Shown one piece after another: positions 10,536 through 20,487 of a stretch of 64,000 bases of DNA (position 1 is its first letter; every line of letters starts with the position of its first letter). Source of the stretch: Tenacibaculum sp. (GTDB lineage: Bacteria > Bacteroidota > Bacteroidia > Flavobacteriales > Flavobacteriaceae); contig NZ_JBNKHD010000003.1 of NCBI RefSeq assembly GCF_050290165.1, positions 85,752 to 149,751 of the forward strand, in the 5' to 3' direction. Under the pieces are notes generated by a model that was given only the letters and a program-made list of their open reading frames with translations, had not been told where the DNA came from and did not search any database. Both the position numbers and the translations under genes were made by a program.

Positions 10536-13500
10536 TTGGAAAAAGCAGTTATGAATAGATTACTTACAGCACTTACTTTTTTAGTGAGTGTTGTTTCGTT
10601 TTCACAAAATACACAAGTCAATAGTACAAAAGCTATTAAAAAAGATACTGTCGTTCCTCTCAAATATAATTTTAAATACAACCAAAACGGAACTCTCTAT
10701 TTAAATAACCCTACTCAAAAAATTGTTACTTACGATAAAGCGTTAAACAAATTTATGGTGGTGGAAAAAATTGGAGACTACTATGTAGGAACTCCTATTT
10801 TTATGACCCCTAGAGAGTATGATGAGTATCGCTTAAAAAATGACTTAAAAGACTATTTCAAAGAAAAGGTAGATGCAACGAATCCAAAGAAAAAAGGAAA
10901 TGATGCAGCTCGTAAAAATTTACTTCCAAAATATTATGTAAACTCTAAATTTTTTGAATCTGTTTTTGGAGGAAATACAGTTGAAGTAAATCCAACAGGA
11001 CAGATAAATATAAAGTTAGGAGGGGTATATCAAAACAACGAAAATCCTCAAATATCTGTTGAGAACCAAAGCAGTTTCACATTTGATTTTGATCAACAAA
11101 TTAGTGCAAGTTTACAAGCAAAGGTAGGTAAACGATTGAAAGTGACAGCTAATTATGATACCCAATCGACTTTCGATTTTCAAAACGTTATTAAGTTAGA
11201 GTACACTCCTACCGAAGATGATATCATTAGAAATATTGAGGCAGGTAATATTAGTATGCCAATTAAGAATTCATTAATCAATGGAGCACAATCATTGTTT
11301 GGGGTGAAAACTGAATTACAGTTTGGTAAAACATACATAACTGCTGCATTTTCACAACAGAACTCACAATCTAAAACTGTGGTAGCTCAAGGAGGTGCTA
11401 CCATAGAACCGTTTGAGTTAAGAGCTTCGGATTATGATAACGACCGACACTTTTTCTTATCTCAATATTTTAGAGAAAATTATTCAAACGCGTTAAAAAA
11501 CTATCCATTAATCAATAGCCCTATTAATATTACAAGAGTTGAAGTTTGGGTAACTAATAGAAATCAAAATGTAAGTGATTATCGTAGTATTGTAGCATTA
11601 GCCGATTTAGGGGAGTCATATGATGCAAATGAGGTAAACCCAACAGAAATAACAACAACCCCAGGAGCAATATCAGTAAACTCTCAATTTATACCGTATA
11701 ATGGAGTGAACAATTTAAGCTCGTTATTAACTGCTACCACAGATGGAATTAGAGATGTGGCAACAATTGATGATGCTATTAATGGGATTGGAGTACCTGC
11801 AAAACAAGGATTCAATTATACATATTTACAAAATGCACGTAAGTTACAACCAAATGAATTTAGGCTACATCCTCAGTTAGGGTTTATATCTTTAAATAGA
11901 AGATTAAATGATGGAGAAGTATTAGCTGTAGCGTATGAATATACGGTGGTTGGAGCTTCAAATGGAGAAACTGTTTTTAAAGTTGGAGAGTTCTCAAACG
12001 ATGGGATTGTTGCCCCTGCTAATATTGCAGTTAAATTACTTCGTAGTGAAATTTTAAACACAATACGTTTAGATGATACAGGTACGCCAATAGTTCCAGC
12101 TGAAGCATTCCCAACTTGGCGTTTAATGATGAAAAACGTGTATGCTTTAGGAGCATTTCCTTTACAACGTGATGGTTTCCGTTTTGAATTATTGTATCGA
12201 GATGATGAAACAGGGACTTTACAAAATACCCTGCAAAATGCGCTAACTCCAGGAATAACAGATAAACCATTATTACGTATTTTAAATTTAGATAAATTAG
12301 ATCAAAGTGAATATGCGGTTCCTAATGGAGATGGTTTTTTTGATTATGTAGAAGGTATTACGGTAAATTCAGAGAGAGGGTATGTGTTGTTTCCAGAACC
12401 AGAACCTTTTGGAGATGATTTAAAAGATGAATTAACCAATGCTACAGATCAAGACAAATATGTCTTTGAGGAATTATACTTGACTACTAAGATTCAGGCA
12501 AAAAATGAATATCAGAATAAAGACAAATTCTTTTTAAAAGGATATTTTAAGTCAGAAACAAGTAGAGGAATTTCTTTGGGGGCTTTTAATGTCCCAAGAG
12601 GTTCTGTAAGAGTTACTGCTGGAGGTAGACAATTGGTTGAAGGGATTGATTATGTGGTCGATTATCAATTAGGACGTGTACAAATTTTAGATCCAGGTTT
12701 AGAAGCCTCGGGGATTCCAATTAATGCTTCTGTAGAAAACAATACTTTTTTTAATCAACAGCGAAAAACATTTATAGGAATAGATGTTGAACATCGTTTC
12801 TCAGACCAATTCATATTAGGTGGAACATTTTTAAATGTAAGCGAAAAACCTATTACTCCTAAGGTAAATTTAGGTGGAGAACCAATTGACAATATAATGT
12901 TTGGTTTGAATTTAGATTATTCTTCTGAAGTACCTTATTTAACAAAATTGGCTAATAAACTACCGTTTGTTGAAACTGAGGCTCCGTCAAATGTTTCGGT
13001 ACGAGCTGATATGGCGTATTTATTACCAGGATCTCCAAGTGGAATTAATGTAGATGGTACCGCTACTTCATATTTAGATGATTTTGAAGCATCTCAAATA
13101 CCAATTAACTTGAACTCACCACAACAGTGGTTTTTAGCAAGTACACCAGAATCACAGGGATATGATGGAGGGTCTTTTGGATTAGAATATAACTATAAAA
13201 GAGGGAAATTAGCATGGTATAATATCGATCAGTTATTTTATGGTAGTGGGAATAGACCAAGCAATATTGATGAAAATGAGTTGTCAAGAGACGAGGTTCG
13301 TCAAATTCGTTACAATGAATTATTTCCCAATACAGATTTAGATATTACCCAACAAAATTTGGTACGTACGCTAGATTTGGCATATTATCCAGCAGAAAGA
13401 GGGCCTTATAACTATAATGAGAATGCAAATACGGTAACTCCAGAAGAACGCTGGGGAGGAATTATGCGATCGCTAACTACCAATAATTTTGAACAAGCGA

Positions 13501-16500
13501 ACGTAGAATACATTCAGTTTTGGTTAATGGATCCTTATGAGAATTATTCGATTACAACTGAAGAAGGATTGCAAGCAGGAATCAACCCACAAGATCCATC
13601 TAATCAAGTAGGGAAATTATTTATCAACTTAGGAAATGTTTCAGAGGATATTTTGAAAGATGGTAGAAAACAATATGAAAATGGGTTGCCTGCAGATGGA
13701 GTAAAAGTAGATGGAGGTAATGTACGTTCATCATTTTGGGGTAATACACCTATAAATCCTTCAATTTTATATGCTTTTGATTCTAGCAATGATGCCAGAA
13801 CCAATCAAGATATTGGTTTAGATGGGTTAAATGATGAGGAAGAAAGAGCAAAATACCCTGCTTTTGCTGGGTTGGATGATCCTGCAGGAGATAACTTCCA
13901 GTTTTTTAGAGGAGGTGCTATTGAAAATACCGATCCTTCGGTATTATCTCGATATAAAAATTACAATGGTACGGAAGGAAACTCGCCAACAGCAAGTCAA
14001 TCAGGAGAATCATATCCAACATCATCAACCACCTATCCAGATACAGAAGATATCAACAAAGATCAAACAATGAACCCTGTAAACAGCTACTTTGAATATG
14101 AGGTTTCATTAAACAAAACAGATTTAGTATTGGGTCAAAATCATATTATTGATGTAAAAACACAAGAAGTTACGCTGTTAAATGGAGCAACAAGAAACTC
14201 TACTTGGTATCAATTTAGAATTCCAGTCAGAAATTCTGATGCTCAAAAAATTAACAATATTACCGACTTTAATAGTATTCGTTTTATACGTATGTTCTTG
14301 TCGCAGTTTAAAATGCCAGTGGTATTGCGTTTTGGTGAGCTAGAGTTGGTAAGAGGAGATTGGAGAAGATATACAAAAAATGTTCCTGATGATGAGCTTA
14401 ATAATTTTGAAGTAGGGGTAGTAAGTATTGAACAAAATCCTAATCGTTATCAATTACCCCCAGGAATTCAAAGAGAACGTTTACAAGGAACCAATAGAGT
14501 TCAACGTCAAAATGAACAATCGGTTACCTTAAAAGTTACAGATTTAGAAGCAGATTCCTTAAGAACAATCTATAAGAATATTAGTATTGATATGCGCAGG
14601 TATAAAAAGCTACGTATGTTTTTACATGCTGAAAAGATAAGTAGCGCAAACGATGCTGGCAATGATGATATGGTAGCGATAATACGTTTAGGTACCGATT
14701 TAAACGATAACTATTACGAAATAGAAAAACCGTTAAAAATATCTACTTCGTATGCATCACCTACAGATGTTTGGCCAACGGATAATGATTTAGATATTCC
14801 ATTGAAAGAATTAGCCAATCTTAAAATTAATAGACCTGCAGGAGATCCTATTTCTAATGTTTTTTCTGGGGTAACTTCTAATGGGTTGAATATATCTGTT
14901 AAAGGTAATCCAACTCTGGCACAAGTAAGAACGGTAATGTTAGGGGTTAAAAATGATACTAGTTCTCCAAAATCGGTAGAAGTATGGTTTAATGAACTGC
15001 GTGCCGTTGGTTTTGATAATAAAGGTGGTTGGGCAGCAGTTGTAAATGCTGATGCGAATATGGCCGATGTATTAGATGTATCCTTAGCTGGACGAATGTC
15101 AACTGTTGGTTTTGGTAATGTAGAAGATCGTGTACAGCAACGAAGCATAGAAGAGGTAAAACAATATAGTGTAGCTACGAATATACAGCTAGGTAAAATG
15201 ATGCCTAAAAAATGGAACATGCAAGTACCTATGAGTTATAGTTATGGTGAAGAGTTTAGAGATCCAAAGTACGATCCGCAGTTTCAGGATGTTGAATTAA
15301 AAGACGCTATTGATAAAAACCCAAATAGTAAGAATGCACAAGATTATACAAGAAGAAAGAGCATTAGTTTTATCAATGTAAAAAAGAACAGAAACCCAGA
15401 AAGTAAGAAAAAACCTAAGTTTTACGATGTAGAGAATTTTTCTGCTTCATATGCGCATAGCGAAGAGTTCCATAAAGATTATAATATTGAAAAATATGAA
15501 AATAAAAATGTAATGGCAGGAGCTAGTTATAATTTTAATTTTGTTCCTTTCGTTATAGAGCCATTTAAAAAGTCAAAAGGATTTAAGAGTCGATATTTAA
15601 AGTTTATTAAAGATTTAAATTTTAATCCGGTACCTAAAACCTTAGCTGTTAATTCTAGGATTAATAGAAATTACAATAGTCAGCAGTCAAGAAACCTAAT
15701 TGATTTACCAGTAGCACAGCCAGAATTAATTCAGCGAAGATTTTTATTTAATTGGGATTACACAATTGGTTTTGACATTACTAAATCGTTACAGTTAAAT
15801 TTTAACGCCGCTAATAATTACATATATGATAGTTTTGGCGAAGAAGAAAACTTAGAGGTATACGACCAATTTTTTAATGTAGGAAGACCAGATAATTATC
15901 ATCAAAAATTAAATGCTACCTATAAATTACCACTAGATAAATTCCCGTTTTTAAACTTCATCAGTTCTGATTATGGTTATACGGCAGATTTTGATTGGAA
16001 AGCAGGATCGCAAAGTAACTTAGTATTACCAAGTGGAGATAATATTAGTTATTTAGATGTTGTGGGTAATATGATTCAAAATGCAAATACTCATAACTTA
16101 AATACCAATATAGATTTTGGACGTTTTTATAAAATTATTGGAGTAGATAAATTGTTGTTAAAAGGAGCTAAAAACCAACCAACACAAAAAGGAACAACCG
16201 CTCTTGGAGGCAAAGAAGTAGTTCAAAAAACAAAACTTAAAAAGAGTGCTTCTTTTGGTCAAAAGTTAGGAAAAGGAGTGTACGATGTATTAACATCAGT
16301 AAAAAGAGCAAAAATTAGTTACTCACAAAATAATGGAACCTTATTACAAGGGTATAAGCCTTCGATAGGGTTCTTAGGAAGAAATAATTTTGACGGAGGA
16401 ATGGCTCCAACGCTTGGTTTTGTCTTTGGTAGTCAAACAGACATCTTAAATAAGGCTATTGAAAATGGATGGCTAGTAACCAGAACAAGTCAAGATGATC

Positions 16501-17654
16501 CTAACCAACCTTATTATAGTAAGACCTATGGAAAAACAAGGTATAAAAAGTTAGATTATAATGTGTCTGTTAAACCACATAAAGATTTAACTATTGATTT
16601 ACGTGGAAATAGAATTCAAACAAGCAATTTATCACAACAACTCGATGTTATTTCTGATGGTAGTGGAGGATTTCAACAAGACCCTAACATCAAGCCTTTT
16701 GAAACAGGAAACTATAGTATAAGCCATGTAATGATAGGTACAGTTTTTACTGATAATGAAGAGTTGTATCAAAAGTTCTTGGATTATAGACAAACGATTT
16801 CAGGAAGAATAGCGAACGAACAAGGAGTAGCTGCTAATGATTCTGATCCGAGTAATAATAACCCAGGATTTAAAACAAATGGGCAACAAGCCATGTTACC
16901 AGCTTTCATTGCTGCATATTCAGGAAGTAGTCCTAATTCTATAAGTACTGGGGTGTTTAGAAATATCCCTATTCCGAACTGGACATTGAACTATAACGGG
17001 TTTATGAAATTTAAATGGTTTAAGAAAAACTTTAGTTCATTTACATTGTCTCATGGGTATAAATCATCTTATACTATAGGAAATTACACCAATAATTTAC
17101 AGTACGATACTACTAGTTCAACAAATACAAATACTTCTGGTAATTATCAACCAGAACTCTTAATTTCGTCCGCAACTTTGATAGATGAGTTTTCTCCATT
17201 AGTAAAAGTAGATTTTAGAATGAAAAATTCTGTTTCTTTTAAAGGTGAAATTCGAAAAGATAGAAGTTTAACGCTAAATTTTAATAACAATACTTTGACA
17301 GATGTTAAAGGAACAGAATATGTTTTAGGATTTGGATATAAGATCAGAGATGTTAAATTTGTGACCAGATTTACAGGAAAGAAAGAAACCTTAAAAGGAG
17401 ATATAAATTTAAGAGCTGATATTTCGTTAAGAGATAATTTGACGTTGATAAGAAGTGTTGATGAAGAGAATAGTCAAATTACAGGAGGGGAAAAATTATT
17501 TGGTTTGAAATTTATTGCCGATTATAATTTAAGCAGCAACCTAACAGCCTCTTTTTATTATAATCATCAAACATTTGAGTATGCGGTTTCTACTACTTTT
17601 CCAAGACAATCTATTAACGCAGGAATTAATTTAGTATACAACTTAGGAAATTAA
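10536..17654 (+). CDS. sprA: Type IX secretion system outer-membrane translocon SprA (Sov)
   Basis: 2372 aa, in the conserved ruvA-sprA-gcvH context, with SprA motifs (NFEQANVEYIQFWLMDP, VWFNELR, YAVSTTFP). The start may be the ATG at 10551. Confidence 0.95.
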   Translation: MEKAVMNRLLTALTFLVSVVSFSQNTQVNSTKAIKKDTVVPLKYNFKYNQNGTLYLNNPTQKIVTYDKALNKFMVVEKIGDYYVGTPIFMTPREYDEYRLKNDLKDYFKEKVDATNPKKKGNDAARKNLLPKYYVNSKFFESVFGGNTVEVNPTGQINIKLGGVYQNNENPQISVENQSSFTFDFDQQISASLQAKVGKRLKVTANYDTQSTFDFQNVIKLEYTPTEDDIIRNIEAGNISMPIKNSLINGAQSLFGVKTELQFGKTYITAAFSQQNSQSKTVVAQGGATIEPFELRASDYDNDRHFFLSQYFRENYSNALKNYPLINSPINITRVEVWVTNRNQNVSDYRSIVALADLGESYDANEVNPTEITTTPGAISVNSQFIPYNGVNNLSSLLTATTDGIRDVATIDDAINGIGVPAKQGFNYTYLQNARKLQPNEFRLHPQLGFISLNRRLNDGEVLAVAYEYTVVGASNGETVFKVGEFSNDGIVAPANIAVKLLRSEILNTIRLDDTGTPIVPAEAFPTWRLMMKNVYALGAFPLQRDGFRFELLYRDDETGTLQNTLQNALTPGITDKPLLRILNLDKLDQSEYAVPNGDGFFDYVEGITVNSERGYVLFPEPEPFGDDLKDELTNATDQDKYVFEELYLTTKIQAKNEYQNKDKFFLKGYFKSETSRGISLGAFNVPRGSVRVTAGGRQLVEGIDYVVDYQLGRVQILDPGLEASGIPINASVENNTFFNQQRKTFIGIDVEHRFSDQFILGGTFLNVSEKPITPKVNLGGEPIDNIMFGLNLDYSSEVPYLTKLANKLPFVETEAPSNVSVRADMAYLLPGSPSGINVDGTATSYLDDFEASQIPINLNSPQQWFLASTPESQGYDGGSFGLEYNYKRGKLAWYNIDQLFYGSGNRPSNIDENELSRDEVRQIRYNELFPNTDLDITQQNLVRTLDLAYYPAERGPYNYNENANTVTPEERWGGIMRSLTTNNFEQANVEYIQFWLMDPYENYSITTEEGLQAGINPQDPSNQVGKLFINLGNVSEDILKDGRKQYENGLPADGVKVDGGNVRSSFWGNTPINPSILYAFDSSNDARTNQDIGLDGLNDEEERAKYPAFAGLDDPAGDNFQFFRGGAIENTDPSVLSRYKNYNGTEGNSPTASQSGESYPTSSTTYPDTEDINKDQTMNPVNSYFEYEVSLNKTDLVLGQNHIIDVKTQEVTLLNGATRNSTWYQFRIPVRNSDAQKINNITDFNSIRFIRMFLSQFKMPVVLRFGELELVRGDWRRYTKNVPDDELNNFEVGVVSIEQNPNRYQLPPGIQRERLQGTNRVQRQNEQSVTLKVTDLEADSLRTIYKNISIDMRRYKKLRMFLHAEKISSANDAGNDDMVAIIRLGTDLNDNYYEIEKPLKISTSYASPTDVWPTDNDLDIPLKELANLKINRPAGDPISNVFSGVTSNGLNISVKGNPTLAQVRTVMLGVKNDTSSPKSVEVWFNELRAVGFDNKGGWAAVVNADANMADVLDVSLAGRMSTVGFGNVEDRVQQRSIEEVKQYSVATNIQLGKMMPKKWNMQVPMSYSYGEEFRDPKYDPQFQDVELKDAIDKNPNSKNAQDYTRRKSISFINVKKNRNPESKKKPKFYDVENFSASYAHSEEFHKDYNIEKYENKNVMAGASYNFNFVPFVIEPFKKSKGFKSRYLKFIKDLNFNPVPKTLAVNSRINRNYNSQQSRNLIDLPVAQPELIQRRFLFNWDYTIGFDITKSLQLNFNAANNYIYDSFGEEENLEVYDQFFNVGRPDNYHQKLNATYKLPLDKFPFLNFISSDYGYTADFDWKAGSQSNLVLPSGDNISYLDVVGNMIQNANTHNLNTNIDFGRFYKIIGVDKLLLKGAKNQPTQKGTTALGGKEVVQKTKLKKSASFGQKLGKGVYDVLTSVKRAKISYSQNNGTLLQGYKPSIGFLGRNNFDGGMAPTLGFVFGSQTDILNKAIENGWLVTRTSQDDPNQPYYSKTYGKTRYKKLDYNVSVKPHKDLTIDLRGNRIQTSNLSQQLDVISDGSGGFQQDPNIKPFETGNYSISHVMIGTVFTDNEELYQKFLDYRQTISGRIANEQGVAANDSDPSNNNPGFKTNGQQAMLPAFIAAYSGSSPNSISTGVFRNIPIPNWTLNYNGFMKFKWFKKNFSSFTLSHGYKSSYTIGNYTNNLQYDTTSSTNTNTSGNYQPELLISSATLIDEFSPLVKVDFRMKNSVSFKGEIRKDRSLTLNFNNNTLTDVKGTEYVLGFGYKIRDVKFVTRFTGKKETLKGDINLRADISLRDNLTLIRSVDEENSQITGGEKLFGLKFIADYNLSSNLTASFYYNHQTFEYAVSTTFPRQSINAGINLVYNLGN

Positions 17655-17681
17655 AAACAAACACAATAAAAAATAATTACA

Positions 17682-18062
17682 ATGAACATTCCATCAGAAT
17701 TAAAATACACTAAAGACCACGAATGGGTTAAGGTAGAAGGTGATGTAGCAACTATTGGTATTACCGATTTTGCACAAGGTGAGTTAGGAGATATCGTATA
17801 TGTAGATGTGGATACTTTAGATGATACTTTAGATGCAGAAGAAGTATTCGGTTCTGTAGAAGCAGTAAAAACTGTTTCAGATCTTTTTATGCCAGTATCA
17901 GGTGAAGTAGTAGAATTTAACGATGCTTTAGAGGACGAACCAGAATTGGTAAACTCTGATCCTTATGGAGAAGGATGGATGATAAAAGTAAAATTATCAG
18001 ACGATTCACAAGTAGCGGATTTATTAAGTGCTGAAGAATATCAAGAACTTATTAAAGGATAA
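17682..18062 (+). CDS. gcvH: Glycine cleavage system H protein
   Basis: [24 protein letters not shown] and lipoyl-lysine motif [10 protein letters not shown]. Confidence 0.97.
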   Translation: MNIPSELKYTKDHEWVKVEGDVATIGITDFAQGELGDIVYVDVDTLDDTLDAEEVFGSVEAVKTVSDLFMPVSGEVVEFNDALEDEPELVNSDPYGEGWMIKVKLSDDSQVADLLSAEEYQELIKG

Positions 18063-18405
18063 ATTAATAATACTAGCAATACTTATCTCGATAAGTATTG
18101 CTATTGTTAGTTTAATAAAGCTAGGTAAAGCCCCTGTAAAAATTAATCATATAGATAAATTAGAACATGCTTTTGCTTATTTTGTATTAACCATCATATG
18201 GTTAAGAGCTTTGATAACAACAAAAATTAATAAATACTTTATAGTTTTTTGTTGTTTTTTTTACGGCATAATTATTGAGGTTTTACAAGTAACTATAACA
18301 ACGTATCGATCAGGAGAGCTTTTAGATGCTGTTGCAAATTCGATGGGTATTTTGGTGGCTTTAATTACTTACAATTCATTTTTTAAGAAAAATAAAGCTA
18401 TTTAA
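18028..18405 (+). CDS. VanZ-like family membrane protein
   Basis: [29 protein letters not shown]; GTG start overlapping the gcvH 3' end by 35 nt. Confidence 0.8.
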   Translation: MLKNIKNLLKDKLIILAILISISIAIVSLIKLGKAPVKINHIDKLEHAFAYFVLTIIWLRALITTKINKYFIVFCCFFYGIIIEVLQVTITTYRSGELLDAVANSMGILVALITYNSFFKKNKAI

Positions 18406-18468
18406 AGATTAAGCTTGTAAAAGTTGAAATAAATTAATTAAATTAGCGAACTATTAAAAACATTTAGG

Positions 18469-19191
18469 ATGGAAATTAAGAAAAATCCAAAATCAAACTT
18501 AGAAAACTATAGTAAACTGTTTATGCAGATAGGTTTGGTTTTAGCTTTATTTGTAACGTATGTTGCTATTGAGAGTAAAACATATGATAAAGAGTATGGA
18601 GATTTAGGAGTGGCTAATATGGCTTCAGAAATTGAAGAAGAAACTATTGAGCTTCAAGTTGAGCCACCAAAGCCAAAACCAAATACCCCTCCACCACCAG
18701 CTCCTGAAAAAATTGAAGTAGTAGAAGACGAGAAAGAAGTAGAAGAGACAGTTATTGAGTCTACTGAAACAGACGAATCTGAAGCTGTAGAAGTAGAAGA
18801 TATTCAAGAAGTAGAAGAAGTAGAAGAAGTAGTAGAAGATGTACCTTTCGCTATCATTGAAGAGGTTCCTGTATTTCCTGGATGTACAGGTACTAAAGCT
18901 CAAAAGAAAGCTTGTTTAAATGAAAAATTACAAAAACACGTTCAACGTAATTTTAACGCTGAATTAGCTAACGAACTTGGATTATCACCAGGTAAAAAGA
19001 GAATTTACGTTCAATTTAAAATTGACAAAGATGGTTCTATTACTAATGTAGTGGCGAGAGCTCCGCATCCAAGGTTAAAACAAGAAGCAGAAAGAGTAGC
19101 AAAAAAGATACCAAAAATGGAACCAGGTAGACAAAGAGGTAGACCTGTAAGAGTAGGTTATACATTACCAATTACATTCAACGTTGAATAG
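18469..19191 (+). CDS. tonB: Energy transducer TonB (acidic, Pro-rich linker)
   Basis: N-terminal TM helix, PPKPKPNTPPPPAP linker and TonB_C domain (VPVFPGC...PGRQRGRPVRVGYTLPITF). Confidence 0.9.
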   Translation: MEIKKNPKSNLENYSKLFMQIGLVLALFVTYVAIESKTYDKEYGDLGVANMASEIEEETIELQVEPPKPKPNTPPPPAPEKIEVVEDEKEVEETVIESTETDESEAVEVEDIQEVEEVEEVVEDVPFAIIEEVPVFPGCTGTKAQKKACLNEKLQKHVQRNFNAELANELGLSPGKKRIYVQFKIDKDGSITNVVARAPHPRLKQEAERVAKKIPKMEPGRQRGRPVRVGYTLPITFNVE

Positions 19192-19210
19192 TTACTACTT
19201 ATTTAAAAAT

Positions 19211-19243
19211 AAAAAAAGCAACCCATTTTGGGTTGCTTTTTTT
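19211..19243 (+). terminator. Intrinsic terminator after first tonB
   Basis: AAAAAAAGCAACCCA-TTT-TGGGTTGCTTTTTTT. Confidence 0.85.
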
Positions 19244-19295
19244 ATTGGCATGTTTCTTGTTTTCAATAAAAACAATAATTATAAATACAATTACT

Positions 19296-20042
19296 ATGAA
19301 AACAACAAAAAAACATGCACGAAAGCAATTAGAGAGTTTCTCAACTATTTTTATGCAACTGGGTTTGGTGCTTGCCCTGTTTGTAGTTTTTCTTGTTTTA
19401 GAACACAAAACAGTTAAAGAAACAGCAATAGTACAACCGTCAACAGACAGAGTTTATGAACCTATACCTACATTTCAAAAGCCAATTATTGTTAAAAAAC
19501 TAGAACAGACAAAAGAAGTAATAAAAAAGAATGCTGTGCCTAAAGAACTTTTAAACCCTAAAGTTGTAGATAATAAAACAGATAACACAACTGTTGTAGA
19601 TACTCCAAAGAATGATATTCCTTTGATTAATTTGTCGAATTTGCCACAAGCGAAAGAAGAAGAGATTATAGAAACGAGTGATGATCCAGTTTCAATTAAC
19701 AATGTACAGAAATCACCTGTTTTTAAAGGATGTGAAGGTTTATCAGAGTTAGAGAATAGGAAATGCTTTGAAAGAAAAATACAGCAGCATATACAACGTA
19801 ATTTTAATGCAGATTTAGCTCAAGATGTAGGGTTGAGTTCAGGGAAATACAGAATTTCAACTCAGTTCGTTATTGACAAAACAGGAAAAATTACAGATAT
19901 ACAAATTAGAGCACCACATTACAAGTTAGAGAAGGAGGCTAATAGAGTAGTTCACAAAATTCCACAATTTCAACCAGGGAAACAGAATAATAAAGAGGTA
20001 AAAGTAAAGTATACGTTGCCAATTACTTTTAAAGTTGAATAG
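19296..20042 (+). CDS. tonB: Energy transducer TonB paralog
   Basis: Paralogous TM (FMQLGLVLAL) and TonB_C (PVFKGC...PGKQ...YTLPITF). The ATG at 19296 (MKTTKK) is preferred because the ORF-track start at 19233 lies inside the upstream terminator. Confidence 0.85.
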   Translation: MKTTKKHARKQLESFSTIFMQLGLVLALFVVFLVLEHKTVKETAIVQPSTDRVYEPIPTFQKPIIVKKLEQTKEVIKKNAVPKELLNPKVVDNKTDNTTVVDTPKNDIPLINLSNLPQAKEEEIIETSDDPVSINNVQKSPVFKGCEGLSELENRKCFERKIQQHIQRNFNADLAQDVGLSSGKYRISTQFVIDKTGKITDIQIRAPHYKLEKEANRVVHKIPQFQPGKQNNKEVKVKYTLPITFKVE

Positions 20043-20047
20043 AAAAC

Positions 20048-20076
20048 AAAAGCTCAATCAAAATGATTGAGCTTTT
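20048..20076 (+). terminator. Intrinsic terminator after second tonB
   Basis: AAAAGCTCAATCA-AAA-TGATTGAGCTTTT. Confidence 0.85.
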
Positions 20077-20266
20077 ATATGTAAAATATAAATAAACAAA
20101 TAGTTTTAATAAATGAATATGGGTACTGCTAGAATCTTAATAATAATGGCTTTACTATTTGTGTTGAAAGTGGGGACAAATATCAGCTGAAGAAGAATAA
20201 AATAATTAAAGTTTAATTTAATATTTATATAGGGTTAAAAAAACATTAAAATTTTTTAAAAAGTAT

Positions 20267-20297
20267 TTTGTAAAAATAAAATCTTGTCTTATATTTG
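20267..20297 (+). promoter_or_regulatory. Consensus Bacteroidota promoter (-33 TTTG, 19-nt spacer, -7 TATATTTG) with no downstream ORF
   Basis: TTTG at 20267-20270 and TATATTTG at 20290-20297. Confidence 0.7.
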
Positions 20298-20301
20298 AAT
20301 C

Positions 20302-20372
20302 GTGGTTGAAAAACCACTTTCTTTTTCTTTTTCATAGCAATTTTTCCCACTCAATTTTGAGTGGGTTTTTTT
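20302..20372 (+). ncRNA. Candidate ~70-nt small RNA
   Basis: Starts just after the consensus promoter: hairpin GTGGTT-GAAA-AACCAC, single-stranded pyrimidine tract ending in TTTTTCATAGC, then terminator CCCACTCA-ATTT-TGAGTGGG-T7. Confidence 0.6.
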
Positions 20373-20487
20373 ATGGGGTATTTTTAAAGTTAGATTTATT
20401 ACAACAGGATTTTACCCTCTAAAAGAAGAGAGTTTTCTACTAAGATAATCTAATACTTGGTTGTAGTTTTTAATTCTTAAAAAAGGC

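Noticed and set aside
20246-20335. Minus-strand 29-aa ORF MKKKKKVVFQPRFKYKTRFYFYKILFKKF antisense to the sRNA candidate
   Set aside because: No minus-strand promoter or U-tailed terminator was found for it, and the promoter and terminator polarity favour the plus-strand RNA. It is kept only as an alternative to test.
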